Shown here piece by piece: positions 23,832-34,255 of a DNA stretch of 64,000 nt. The notes below the pieces were generated by a model that had not been told where the DNA came from, did not search any database, and saw only the letters and a program-made list of their open reading frames with translations. The DNA lies in assembly GCF_902713615.1 (NCBI RefSeq), contig NC_052162.1:112495811-112559810 (forward strand), written 5' to 3'. Source of the stretch: Scyliorhinus canicula. Its lineage: Eukaryota. A program made the translations under genes and the position numbers. How positions within the stretch are numbered: the stretch's first letter is position 1; the number at the start of each line of letters is the position of its first letter.

Positions 23832-24325
23832 GGGCGGGATTCTTCCGTAATCGGCGGGGCTGGCAACTCCGGCGGGACGGAATGGCGTGAACCACTCTGG
23901 CGTCGGGCCGCCCCAAAGGTGTGGAATCCTCCGCACCTTCAGGGGCTAGGCCTGCCCCGGAGTGGTTTGCGCCCCGCCAGCCGGCGGGGAAGGGCCTCCG
24001 CCGGCCGGGAGCGCCAGCGTATGCTGCCATCATCGCCGCGCATGCGCAGGGGGCTTCGTTTCCACACCGGCAATGGCAGACTGCTACAGCCGCCGGTGCG
24101 GAACAATAGAGTGCCCCCACGGCGCACAGGCCCGCCCGCGGATCGGTGGGCCCCGATCGCGGGCCAGGCCACCGTGGGGGCACCTCCTGGGGCCAGATAC
24201 CCCTGCCCCCCCCCCCCCCCACCCCCGAGAACCCCAGAGGCCGCCCACGGAGCTGGGTCCCGCCGGTAGGGACCTACCTTAATTTACACCGGCAGGACCC
24301 TCGTTAAATGGGTGGGACTTCGGCG
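23832..24325. mobile_element. GC-rich non-autonomous TIR element (Harbinger-like), one end truncated
   Basis: Starts GGGCGGGATTC after ATG; internal blocks (GATCGGTGGGCCCCGATCGCGGGCCAG) shared with 40637-41371. Confidence 0.55.
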
Positions 24326-24501
24326 ACATAAGGAAAGTTTGGGAAAAGGCTAATAATAAGAGAGAGAGAAAGATCGAGTCAAGTGATTTCTGATCACCAT
24401 AAGTCAGATCCGATGGAGAAATTAGAATATTGCGAGTACGAACTATGATTGCGAGATTAAGAAACAGAAGGAGCAGGTACGAGCAGTGTGTGAAGAATTA
24501 A

Positions 24502-24800
24502 AGGGCAGCACGGTAGCACTGTGGCTTCACAGTGCCAGGGTCCCAGTTCGATTCCCGGCTGGGTCACTGTCTGTGCGGAGTCAGCACGTTCTCCCCGTGT
24601 CTGCGTGGGTTTCCTCCGGGTGCTCCGGTTTCCTCCCACAGTCCAAAAACGTGTAGGTTAGGTGGATTGGCTGTGCTAAATTGCCTTTCGTGACCAAAAA
24701 GGTTAGGAGGGGTTATTGGGTTACGGGGATACGGTGGAAGTGAGAGCTTAAGTGGGTCGGTGCAAACTCGATGGGCCGAATGGCCTCCTTTTGCACTATG
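24502..24800 (+). mobile_element. HE1-like SINE inside the ERV
   Basis: Head GGGCAGCACGGTAGCAC, core and CR1-type tail; further copies inside the ERV at 22628-22955(-), 27703-27981(+), 28954-29262(+) and 34323-34680(+). Confidence 0.8.
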
Positions 24801-25729
24801 GCCTATGTTGTAAAGCGAGAGAAACCCAGACTCGAAAACCTGGAGGAAGAAAATGTGAAATAAACGGGCTGAGCTTCGAAAAAAATGAATTCTGATTTGA
24901 CAAAAATGAGTTAGCATTGGAAAACAGCAAGCCTCTGAATCCGAATCGGGAATTCAAAAATAGAATAGCAGTAGAACACCTAATCTGGTGGGAACATACT
25001 TTCAATGGGCCCCCAACACCCATACAACAAAAGCCCATCCCTAGCAGAGCAGGTTCAGCTACAGAAGCCCCGCCTCTACCAGCCAGTGAGGTAGAAGGGG
25101 CCACCCCCAACGTCAAGCACACCGTCTCGACGAAAGAAGAACTAGGTACAAATACAAAAACTTTTTGACCGGTCCGCTCCGTTTTTAAGGACAAATAATT
25201 GGATGAAAAGACTCAAGAAAGAAAACCCCAAAAGGAACCCTAGAATTTGAGTGGGTGGGGCAGCATGGGGGTGGGGGGGGCAGTGGTTAGCACTGGGACT
25301 GCGGCGCTGAGGACCCGGGTTAGAATCCCGGCCCTGGGTCACTGTCCGTGTGGAGTTTGCACATTCTCCCCGTGCCTGCGTAGGTTTCACCCCCACAGCC
25401 CAAAGATGTGCAGGGTAGGTGGATTGGTCACGCTAAATTGCCCCTTAATTGGAAAAAAAAAATATTTGGATACTCTAAATTTCTTTTTTAAAGAATTTGA
25501 ATGGGTGACTGAGCCGGATTTTTCAGAATCATCAAAATCCGATTCTGATGAGGAAATTATAAAGGAAAAACCTGAGGAAAAAGAGAGAAACAAAGTCCAA
25601 AGGATCCACAGGTATACGGCTAGTTATTTTAAAATCAAAGCGATATAAGGCTGAGCTAATAAAAACAGTCTCTTCAGATGGGCATCGAAGGGTCACTCAA
25701 GCCAAATATACCCAACAATTGGAACATAA

Positions 25730-26330
25730 ACGAAAGGGAAAATGCTGGAAAATCTCAGCAAGTCTGGCAGCATCTGTAGGGAGAGAAAAGAGCGAACGTT
25801 TCGAGTCCGATGACTCTTTGTCAAAGCTAACAGACCGAGAAAGTGGGAAATATTTATACTGTGGAGTGAGAATAAAAGATGAGTCATAGCCACAGAAACT
25901 CAGGGAAACCGGGTGCTAATGGCCGCAGAAACCATGGGGAAAGAGTGTTAATGGCAGTCCCCAGAGAGGACAAAAGATGTGAAAGGTCAAGCAGCAGGGA
26001 AACTAACATCAGAGGATAAACTGTAGGTGTGGGGGGAGGGGAAGGGGGAAGCAAAGAGGAGAAAGGTGCAGGAAAGGTGGATAAGATTGGAGGGGGGAAA
26101 TTTAATGTATATTGAGAAAGAAAGAAATGGTAAAAGACAGTTAAAGTGAAATGAAAACAATTGGGTCGAGGTGGGGCTGATCATCTGAAGTTGTTGAATT
26201 TGATGTTCAGGCCAGAAGGCTGTAGCGTGCCTAACCGGAAGATGAGATGTTGTTCCTCCAGTTTGCGTTGAGTTTCACTGGAACATTGCAGCAGGCCAAG
26301 AACAGAACATTGGAACATAAACCAACTGAT
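25730..26330 (-). mobile_element. Penelope-like element 3' part (GIY-YIG endonuclease C-terminus plus hammerhead-bearing terminal repeat)
   Basis: ORF 26181..26453(-) 'SVLGLLQCSSETQRKLEEQHLIFRLGTLQPSGLN', a typical PLE endonuclease end. Confidence 0.85.
25791..25828 (-). ncRNA. Minimal type I hammerhead ribozyme (Penelope-associated)
   Basis: AGCU-UUGACAA-A-GAGUC AUCG GACUC-GAA-ACGU-U-CGCU: core, stem II and palindromic ACGU in place of stem III. Confidence 0.65.
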
Positions 26331-26832
26331 CCAGACAGAATTGATAGGTGATCGAAAGAATGACCTAATCTGAAAAAAGGAGACCTGGGACCATGCGAAG
26401 GGCTCGAATGGTTGCGGCAGATGTAAAACCTCCAACCCCTGGTTGGAGTTCAAGTCTTGTCGGTAATAACCCCTCGACGAGAAAGTGGACAGCTCTCTCG
26501 AGATGCTAAAGAGGCATTTGGGGATGACAAGCAGCGTTTAGATGATGGATGGATTGTAATTAATGGTTGTTAAAATACAACCCACCAAAACCCGATCGGA
26601 CAAAGGTCACCGCTTGTGCACAATAGAGGGCACAAGAAGTATCAGACTATGAAGAAAGATTTAGGTAAGTATGGACACAGCACTCAGGAATTGAATTGCC
26701 AGAGGATTAGAAGTCTTGGGATGTAAGCACCATTGAACCATTCATCTGCATTTATTGCTGGTTTAAGAACAGATGTGTCTCATGCATTGGTGCTTCCTGA
26801 ATGGGATCAAACAGCAATGTTCGTAAATCGAT

Positions 26833-27312
26833 GTGCTCAAATCGATAGGGGGTTGGATACCAATATCCGTGCTTTCCAAACAGAAGCACAATCTAAAGGT
26901 CCAATCAATAAATATTGCTTTGTCTAATTTGAATATTCCACAGGAGTCAAAATTTTTAAGAGGAAAGTGTCAATATTGTAGAAAGGAAGGACATTGGGCT
27001 AGGTCGCGCCGGGCTAAACAACAGGGGCGTCAGGGACAGGACACGACACAAGGAGAACCATTTCATGGGCCGCACCCAGAATCTCATACATACCACCCGG
27101 GGGAATGTATTTCCAAGGACCTTATGTGCCTCCGACTCCACCCATTCCTACTTCAGTACAGACTCCCATTTAAGCTCCTGTGCCTGCTTCCCACTTCTAC
27201 TCCTATATTTTATCCGCCATATAATCCCGAGGAAGAGTCGGATACAATGGATGCATTCAGGAAATTATCACCACAGCATAGAGCTGCAGTGTTGGAGCTG
27301 TCAAAAAACTAG
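26833..27312 (+). pseudogene. ERV gag C-terminus (nucleocapsid zinc knuckle)
   Basis: CQYCRKEGHWARS, a degenerate CCHC knuckle, ending ...ELSKN*. Confidence 0.75.
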
Positions 27313-30300
27313 GAAACCCACCCTCCGTCCCTGCTTCTCTTCACACCTTAATTGACAATAGGAGGGATGGATCGTATGTATTAATGAGGGTGGGCGGTGG
27401 GGAAGTAGATTGTCTTTTCGATACAGGAGCGGAGTTAACATGCTTTCCTCTGGAATATGAAAAAGTTTTTCCTCTGGATTACAAATAATGTGGCACACAG
27501 TACTGGGGGTGATGTATTGACTATTGAAATAACTCAACCCATGACAATAGAACCTGGTCTGCATGAATTAATTTCTTCAGACTGGATAGGCCCAGTGTAC
27601 CAGGCAATACTGGGTCTGGATAGTTTATCCCAATTGAATTCTTCCTTAAGCTTTGAAAAGGGTAAGTAACATGGTCAATCAGAACCATCAGGAAAGAAGG
27701 AAGGCTTGGGTTACTGTCTGTGCGGAGTCTGCACGTCCTCCCCGTGTGTGCGTGGGTTTCCTCTGGGTGCTCCGGTTTCCTCCCACAGTCCAAAGATGTG
27801 CAGGTTAGGTGGATTGACCATGATAAATTGCCCTTAGTGTCCAAAATTGCCCTTAGTGTTGGGTGGGGTTACTGGGTTATGGGGATAGGGTGGAGGTGTT
27901 GACTTTGGGTGGGGTGCGCTTTCCAAGAGCCGGTGCAGACTTGATGGGCCAAATGGCCTCCTTCGGCACTGTAAATTCTATGATCAGCTTTATGAACATC
28001 TAATCTGTGCAAAAGGTAAGAATGATTGTGGCCTATTACAAATGGAACCAGCATCATTCACTGATAATGCTCCACCGTGTACCAAACAATCCCCATTAAC
28101 TCGTCTTCAACTGAAGGAATCCTATCAATAGTAAAGCAACTGGAGGAAAGAGGGGTGTTGATTAAAACACACAGCTCATCAAATAGTCCAGTTCGGTTTG
28201 TAAAAAAGGCAAATGGTGTCTGACCATTGACTACTGAAAGGCAAACCAGTGTATTGATAAGAAAGCCCCTCTGGTGGCTGACCCTTCAACTATTTTCTTT
28301 TTAAAAAAAAATTTTTTAATTCAAATTTTCACATTTTCACAAAAAAGAAAACAATAACAGAAAATTCTAAGAACAAAAAGAACAGACCCCCCCCCCCCCC
28401 CAGTATATACAAAAGAGAAACAATAAATTAACGCCCATCGTTGGCAAAAAACAGATATTCAACCCAAAATAAAAACAAAGAGACAACTCCCCTCAGCAAG
28501 ATTACCACAGGGTTTTCACAACAGTCCTTCCGTATTCCATATGGCTTCACAAAATCATTTGAGGGAGTTACCCGAGTTGCCCTCTACCATTATCCAGTAT
28601 GTAGATGACATTCTGTTAGCTACCATTAAGGACGAAGATCATGAGAAGGATTTACGTGTTCTGCTGGATCATCTCAGTCAAAGGGGACAGAAAGCAAATA
28701 TGGGAAAAACACAAATTGATCAGAATGAAGTAATCTATTTTGGTCAGACAATCTCAAAGCGTAAAAGAGAACTTACTCAAGATAGAACAGAGGCAATTCG
28801 AACTACCAAAAAAACCTACCACTATTGAAGAGCTGAGATCTTTTTTGAGTTTATGTAACTTTGATAGAAATAGGATTGACTCTTATACACAGGTAGCACA
28901 ACCTCTTAATGACCTCTTCAAAGCAAGTCGGAAATCAAAAGAGGAAATCATTCTGGGTAGCACAAGTGGTTAGCACTGTGGCTTCACAGCGCCAGGGTCC
29001 CAGGTTCGATTCCCCGCTGGGTCACTGTCTGTGCGGAGTCTGCACGTTCTTCCCGTGTCTGCGTGGGATTCCTCCGGGTGCTCCGGTTTCCTCCCACAGT
29101 CCAAAGACGTGCAGATTAGGTGGATTGGCCATGCTAAATTGCCCTTAGTGTCCAAAAACGTTTAGGAGGGGTTATTGGGTTACGGGGATAGGGTGGAAGT
29201 GAGGGCTGAAGTGGATTGGTGCAGACCCGATGGGCCAAATGGCCTCCTTCTACACTATGTTCTTACAACAGAACAGGAAAAAGCCTTCCTAGATTTAAAA
29301 CCGGCTTTGTGCTCAGCACCAGCTCTAGGCATCCCAAATAGTAGGATTATATTATTTGCTCATGGAAAAGAAGGATATATGACAGAAATTTTAATGCAGG
29401 ATCATGGGGATAAACAGAGACCAATTGAATACTATTCAGAAACATTGGACCCAGTAGCCCTTGGATGGTGAAGTTGCCTAAGAGCCGTAGAAACCACATG
29501 TAAAGCCATGTGTGCAGGCATTGTTCTGGACAAAAACTGATCATTAAATTCCCTCCTGCAGTTCATGCATGACTTTCAATAAATAGAGTCACACAAGTCG
29601 CCTCAGCTAGGTGGACTAAATGGACAGCAACCTTGGATGCTGACAAACTTCATTTTCAAAAGGTATGCCCAGTAAATCCATCATCCTTCCTCCCGCTTCC
29701 TGGGGAACAAAAGGGGAGGGGGGGGGGGGTGAAGAAGAGCATGACTGAACCAACAGAGGGACTGGAAGAGGCATGTCTAGTAGAGGAAGAGCCATTACAG
29801 AACCCAGGCCTAATTGTATTTACAGATGGGTCCTCTTGAAAATGGTACTCGGAAGGCAGGATGGGCAGTCACAAGTCTGTATACTATTATGGGAAAGGAA
29901 AGGTTTCCTTCAGGGACATCAACCCAACAAGCTGAGTTAAGGGCCCTAGCTGAAGCATGTGGCAAAAGACCAAACAGCTAACATTTATACAGACTCAAGA
30001 CATGGTTTCGGGATAGCTCACGATTTTGGGTCGATATGGAAGAAAAGAGGGTTCCTCACTGCCACAGGAACACCTATTTGAAATGAAAATGAGTTGCAGA
30101 ACCTACTGGAAACCCTAAAATTGACAAAAGAATCGCCATTTTGAAATGTAAGGCCCGTACTGAAGAAGACACCACAAAAGCACAGGGAAATGCCCTCTCA
30201 GATCGAGCAGCAAAAGAAGCTGCCTCACTATGCAATCCTCCAGAAGAATCTAAACAAATCTGCCGACTGGGAGTGTGCCACCTGCTACAAGATCTACGTG

Positions 30301-31260
30301 AAATGCAGAGTGAGTGTCCACGGGAAGAAAAACGGACCTGGGTGGAAGCAGGTATCAAATTCTGTGAGGATGACTATTGGAGACAAGCTGAGACTAGTAA
30401 ACCGGTTGCATCACAGTCACTGATGGCCTATTTAGCCCAACAAATCCATTCATGGAGGCACCTAGCTCCTCAACAGATGATGACTCAATTCCAAAAGAGT
30501 TGGTGGGGTCGAGGCTTTAATAAACATGCTCAGGTAGTAGCAGACCGTTGTGTCACCTGGCAGAAGAACAATTAGGGACTGATGACATCCATGCCTCAGT
30601 TAAAGTCCCTGCACCATCGGCACCATTCCAGCATATACAAATTAATTACATTGCCTTTCCACCATGTCAAGGATACTCTGACGTTCGAGTAATAATGGAC
30701 AAATTTTTCAGATGGGTAGAGGCTGTTCCAGCCAGAGGAGTTACAGCTAGCCACATAGCTAAGGTTATATGCAAAGATGATGTCCCCAGACGGGGAGTAC
30801 CAGTCACCATAGACTCAGACAAAGGAACTCATTTTACAGGAGCTGTTTGTAAAGAGGTTTGTAAATTATTAAACATCCAATGGGAACTACATTGTCCTTT
30901 CCACCCACAATCATCAAAACAAGTGGAACGCATGAATCAAATCTTGAAAGAACGATTTTCAAAGTGTCACCAAGAGGGGATGCCATGGCCTCAGGTTTAG
31001 CCATTAGTCCGGTGCAGTATCAGAGCAACACCAAACAGAACCACCGGTCTGAGTCTATTTGAAGTAATTACTGTAGACCCATGTCCTTACCAGGAACCGT
31101 TGACTTATGAAAATATGTTTGTCATTTAATGCATGATGCATCACTTAAATATTGTCAGGATCTAACAAATGCCATCAGTTCTGCTTCCTTACAGGTATCA
31201 GCAGCATTGGGTGATCCTCCCGAAGACGGACACAACCTTGTGCCAGAAATTCAAGCCTAT
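27309..31260 (+). pseudogene. ERV pro-pol, fragmented by stops, frameshifts and SINE/L1 insertions
   Basis: DCLFDTGAEL at 27408; ORFs 28541..28828 (YVDD), 29633..29839 (FTDGSS), 30141..30575 and 30548..31000 (integrase). Confidence 0.85.
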
Positions 31261-31262
31261 AT

Positions 31263-31900
31263 TGTCATGCGAGTGTCCCTTTAAGAAATGTTTTTGTCTT
31301 ATCACATTGCTTCAGTGATGTCATTGTGTGGGTGGAGCTGGGCTGTGGCTCTGGGAGTTGGTTTTACTTTTGCCTTGAGTTTGAACTGGCTTTGTTCTGC
31401 ACAGGTTGAAATAAAGTTTTTTTCCTCTACCTGCAATTTAAATCTGTTTCCAGACTGCTTGATAACTTGAAAATAAATAATTGCTTTCTGGAAGGAATTC
31501 AAACCTGCTGTTTTGGAAAGGAAACAAGAGCATCCAAACCAGGTCTTGATTGCTGTGTGCTGGGCCATACCTTTCAAAAGGAGGTACAGGTTAATGGGAT
31601 CTTGTTATTAAATTGGAACAGTTAAAGTGGGGGATTTATTTAGGGTTATACATAGATTACTGTAGCTGTGTGGGGTATTTATGTTGGTAGTTGATAAAAA
31701 TGCTTACTGTGTGTGTTTATAAAAATGTTAACTTAATTGTAGAATAAACTTTGTTTTTGATTAAAAGTGCTTAAGGTCTCTGTTGAATAACACCTGAAAG
31801 ACAGGCCCTTGTGCCCATCGTAACCAGAATCAATAAACAGTTGTAGGTCAGGTGAACTCCATGATATACTTCGTAGTTTTCTAAACCCTGGACCATAACA
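31263..31900 (+). mobile_element. Solo LTR inserted in the ERV pol/env junction
   Basis: TGTCATG...CATAACA termini, 4-bp TSD ATAT (31259-31262 / 31901-31904), AATAAA motifs. Confidence 0.85.
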
Positions 31901-32323
31901 ATATAAAGAAATTGCAGAAGAAACCATTGAGGGTCCAAGTCAGATTCCTATAAGCAGCTGTGAAGGTTCAGGGAAAGAAGTCCTGGATCCATGCTTCCCA
32001 TGTTAAAAGAGTTCATTATGACTAAATTGGATTCCTATAAAGTGTTTATCGCTATTTTGATTCTTGGATGCCTTTTTAATTTAACAGACTGTAGCCATTT
32101 CACAAAGGCTCTCAAGGAGTTAAATAATAACACTTTTCTTTCTATGTCCAAGGTGTATGCTAAAGAGTTCAATGCTGGGTATGTATTGCAATCCCAACTG
32201 ACTCAGGGGAAGGTATTTCCTTTTCCTTTTAACACTTCAGAAACAGTAGAGTGCTATATTTTTCAGAGTATCACCCGCTCTTCCCAAAATCGTGAGGGAG
32301 CTAATACATGCTGCGAAACCAGG

Positions 32324-33146
32324 GGTGCTATGTCTTTTCGTCCGACGTCACTTCGTCCAACGACACTTCGTCCACGTCTTTTGGTCCTACGTCTTTTTGT
32401 CCGCCCGTCTTTTGGTCCTACGTCTTTTTGTCCGATGATTTTTTTCGTCAAAGACTTTTTGTAACTTGTTACGTCTTTTTGTCCGATGATTTTTTTTGTC
32501 AAAGACTTTTTGTAACTTGACTTTTTGTAAATAGAAATCAAGGTATAATATCTTGTCTAATGCACATAGCAAGGTATAATATGTAATAAAGGATTTTTAT
32601 TACCGGTCTCTTTCCTTTAACGAGCCTCGTTAAAGGATAGATATTATCGTTCTCTTTCCTTTAACGAGCCTCGTTAAAGGATAGATATTATCGTTCTCTT
32701 TCCTTTAACGAGCCTCGTTAAAGGATAGATATTATCGTTCTCTTTCCTTTAACGAGCCTCGTTAAAGGATAGATATTATCGTTCTCTTTCTTAATTCGCC
32801 CATCCCGAAATGGCAAAGTTCATTGTGTTGACGAAGAGCAAAAGGAAGGTAGCTGATGAAAGTAAAGTTACAGTTAAATCAGTTTATCAATTAAATTCTC
32901 ATAGTAAACTTTTAGATTTACTTGCTGTATTTTAATTGCATTTTATCAATTAAATTCTCATTGAAGATATTATACCTGGTTTTCTACGGAGTTTATTTGT
33001 AATTGGACAAAAAGACGTAGGACCAAATGATGTGCGGACAAAAAGACGTAGGACCAAAAGACGGGCGGACAAAAAGACGTTGGACCAAAAGACGTGGACG
33101 AAGTGTCGTTGGACGAAGTGACGTCGGACGAAAAGACGCGACATGG
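32324..33146. mobile_element. Foldback/Mutator (Phantom-like) non-autonomous element with long subterminal inverted repeats
   Basis: 9-bp TSD GAAACCAGG (32315-32323 / 33147-33155); 103-bp inverted repeats 32332-32434 / 33035-33137 with one mismatch, built from ~15-bp units. Confidence 0.85.
32607..32790. repeat. 44-bp tandem repeat, 4 identical copies plus 8 bp, each holding a 25-bp palindrome
   Basis: TCTCTTTCCTTTAACGAGCCTCGTTAAAGGATAGATATTATCGT at 32607, 32651, 32695 and 32739. Confidence 0.95.
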
Positions 33147-33984
33147 GAAACCAGGTACCAGGTCAATTTTTAAAAACAAGTTTCAGTTGCAGAAGTCTGC
33201 AGGTTATTCACTGAACACATTTTCAGGATGGTATCAACCTAATTACAACAGGAACCAAAATCTTCCCCATATAAACCTCCCAGCTACTTTTAATCAGGAA
33301 GGATTAATATGTTTGACGAGCTAAAGGAGTAGGAATGGGATATAGTAGAAAAGCAAATTACTGCGGATGCTGGAATCTGAAACGAAAGAGAAAATGCTGG
33401 AAAATCTCAGCAAATCTGGCAGCATCTGTAGGGAGAGAACAGAGGTAACGTTTTTGAGTCTGATGACTCTTTGTCAAAGCTTGGTCAGAGGAACCAGGAG
33501 TAAGAAGTAAACGTGCCCTCACTGCACAAGATAGATTTCTTGCTCAGTTTATTCCTTTTTATTGGGATGCAAAAGTGGCTGGGGAATTTAATAAAATAAC
33601 AACCATCATAGAAAAAGTAGCTAATGACATCTCCACAGCCTTACTCAAAATTTCTGCTGAAACCGTCCCTGTTGACTTTACAAAATCGAATGGCTCTTGA
33701 TTATATTCTTGCTGAAAAAGGTGGAACATGTGCCCTGATCGGGGCAGTATGCTGTACTTGCATCCCAGATAGTTCCAAAGAGATCAGGTAGTAGGCAGCA
33801 TGTGGCACAGTGATTAGCACTGGGACTGCGGCGCTGAGGACCTGGGTTCGAATCCCGGCCCTGGGTCACTGTCCGTGTGGAGTTTGCACATTCTCCCCAT
33901 GTCTGCGTGGGTCACCCCCACAACCCAAAGATGTGCAAGATTAGGTGGATTGGCCACGCTTAGTTGGGAAAAAAATAACTTGGT

Positions 33985-34255
33985 GCTTTCGTCCCTGCTT
34001 CGATCACCTCCTCCGGAAGCGAGTTCCAGGCACCCACTACCCTCTGTGGAAAAAAACTTGCCTCGTACATCTCCTCTAAACCTTGCCCCTTAAACCTATG
34101 CCCCCTAGTATTTGACCCCTCTACCCTGGGGAAAAGTCTCTGACTATCCACTCTTGTCTATGCCCCTCAAAATTTTGTACACCTCTATCAGGTCGCCCCT
34201 CAACCTCCGTCGATCCAGTGAGAAAAAGCCGAGTTTATTCAACCTCTCCTCATAC
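33985..34255 (-). mobile_element. CR1 LINE 3' fragment
   Basis: 'RLFPRVEGSNTRGHRFK...QRVVGAWNSLPEEV'. Confidence 0.8.

Noticed and set aside
23832-24325. CpG island or promoter (also 40637-41371) and their GC-rich ORFs
   Set aside because: Two related copies, one with TIRs and a TSD, indicate a transposon family.
27310-27351. Amber readthrough of gag into pro
   Set aside because: The 0 frame has TAA at 27349 and the protease motif is in the -1 frame.
32607-32790. CRISPR-like array of palindromic repeats
   Set aside because: Spacers are identical, there are no cas genes, the context is vertebrate, and it lies inside a TIR element.
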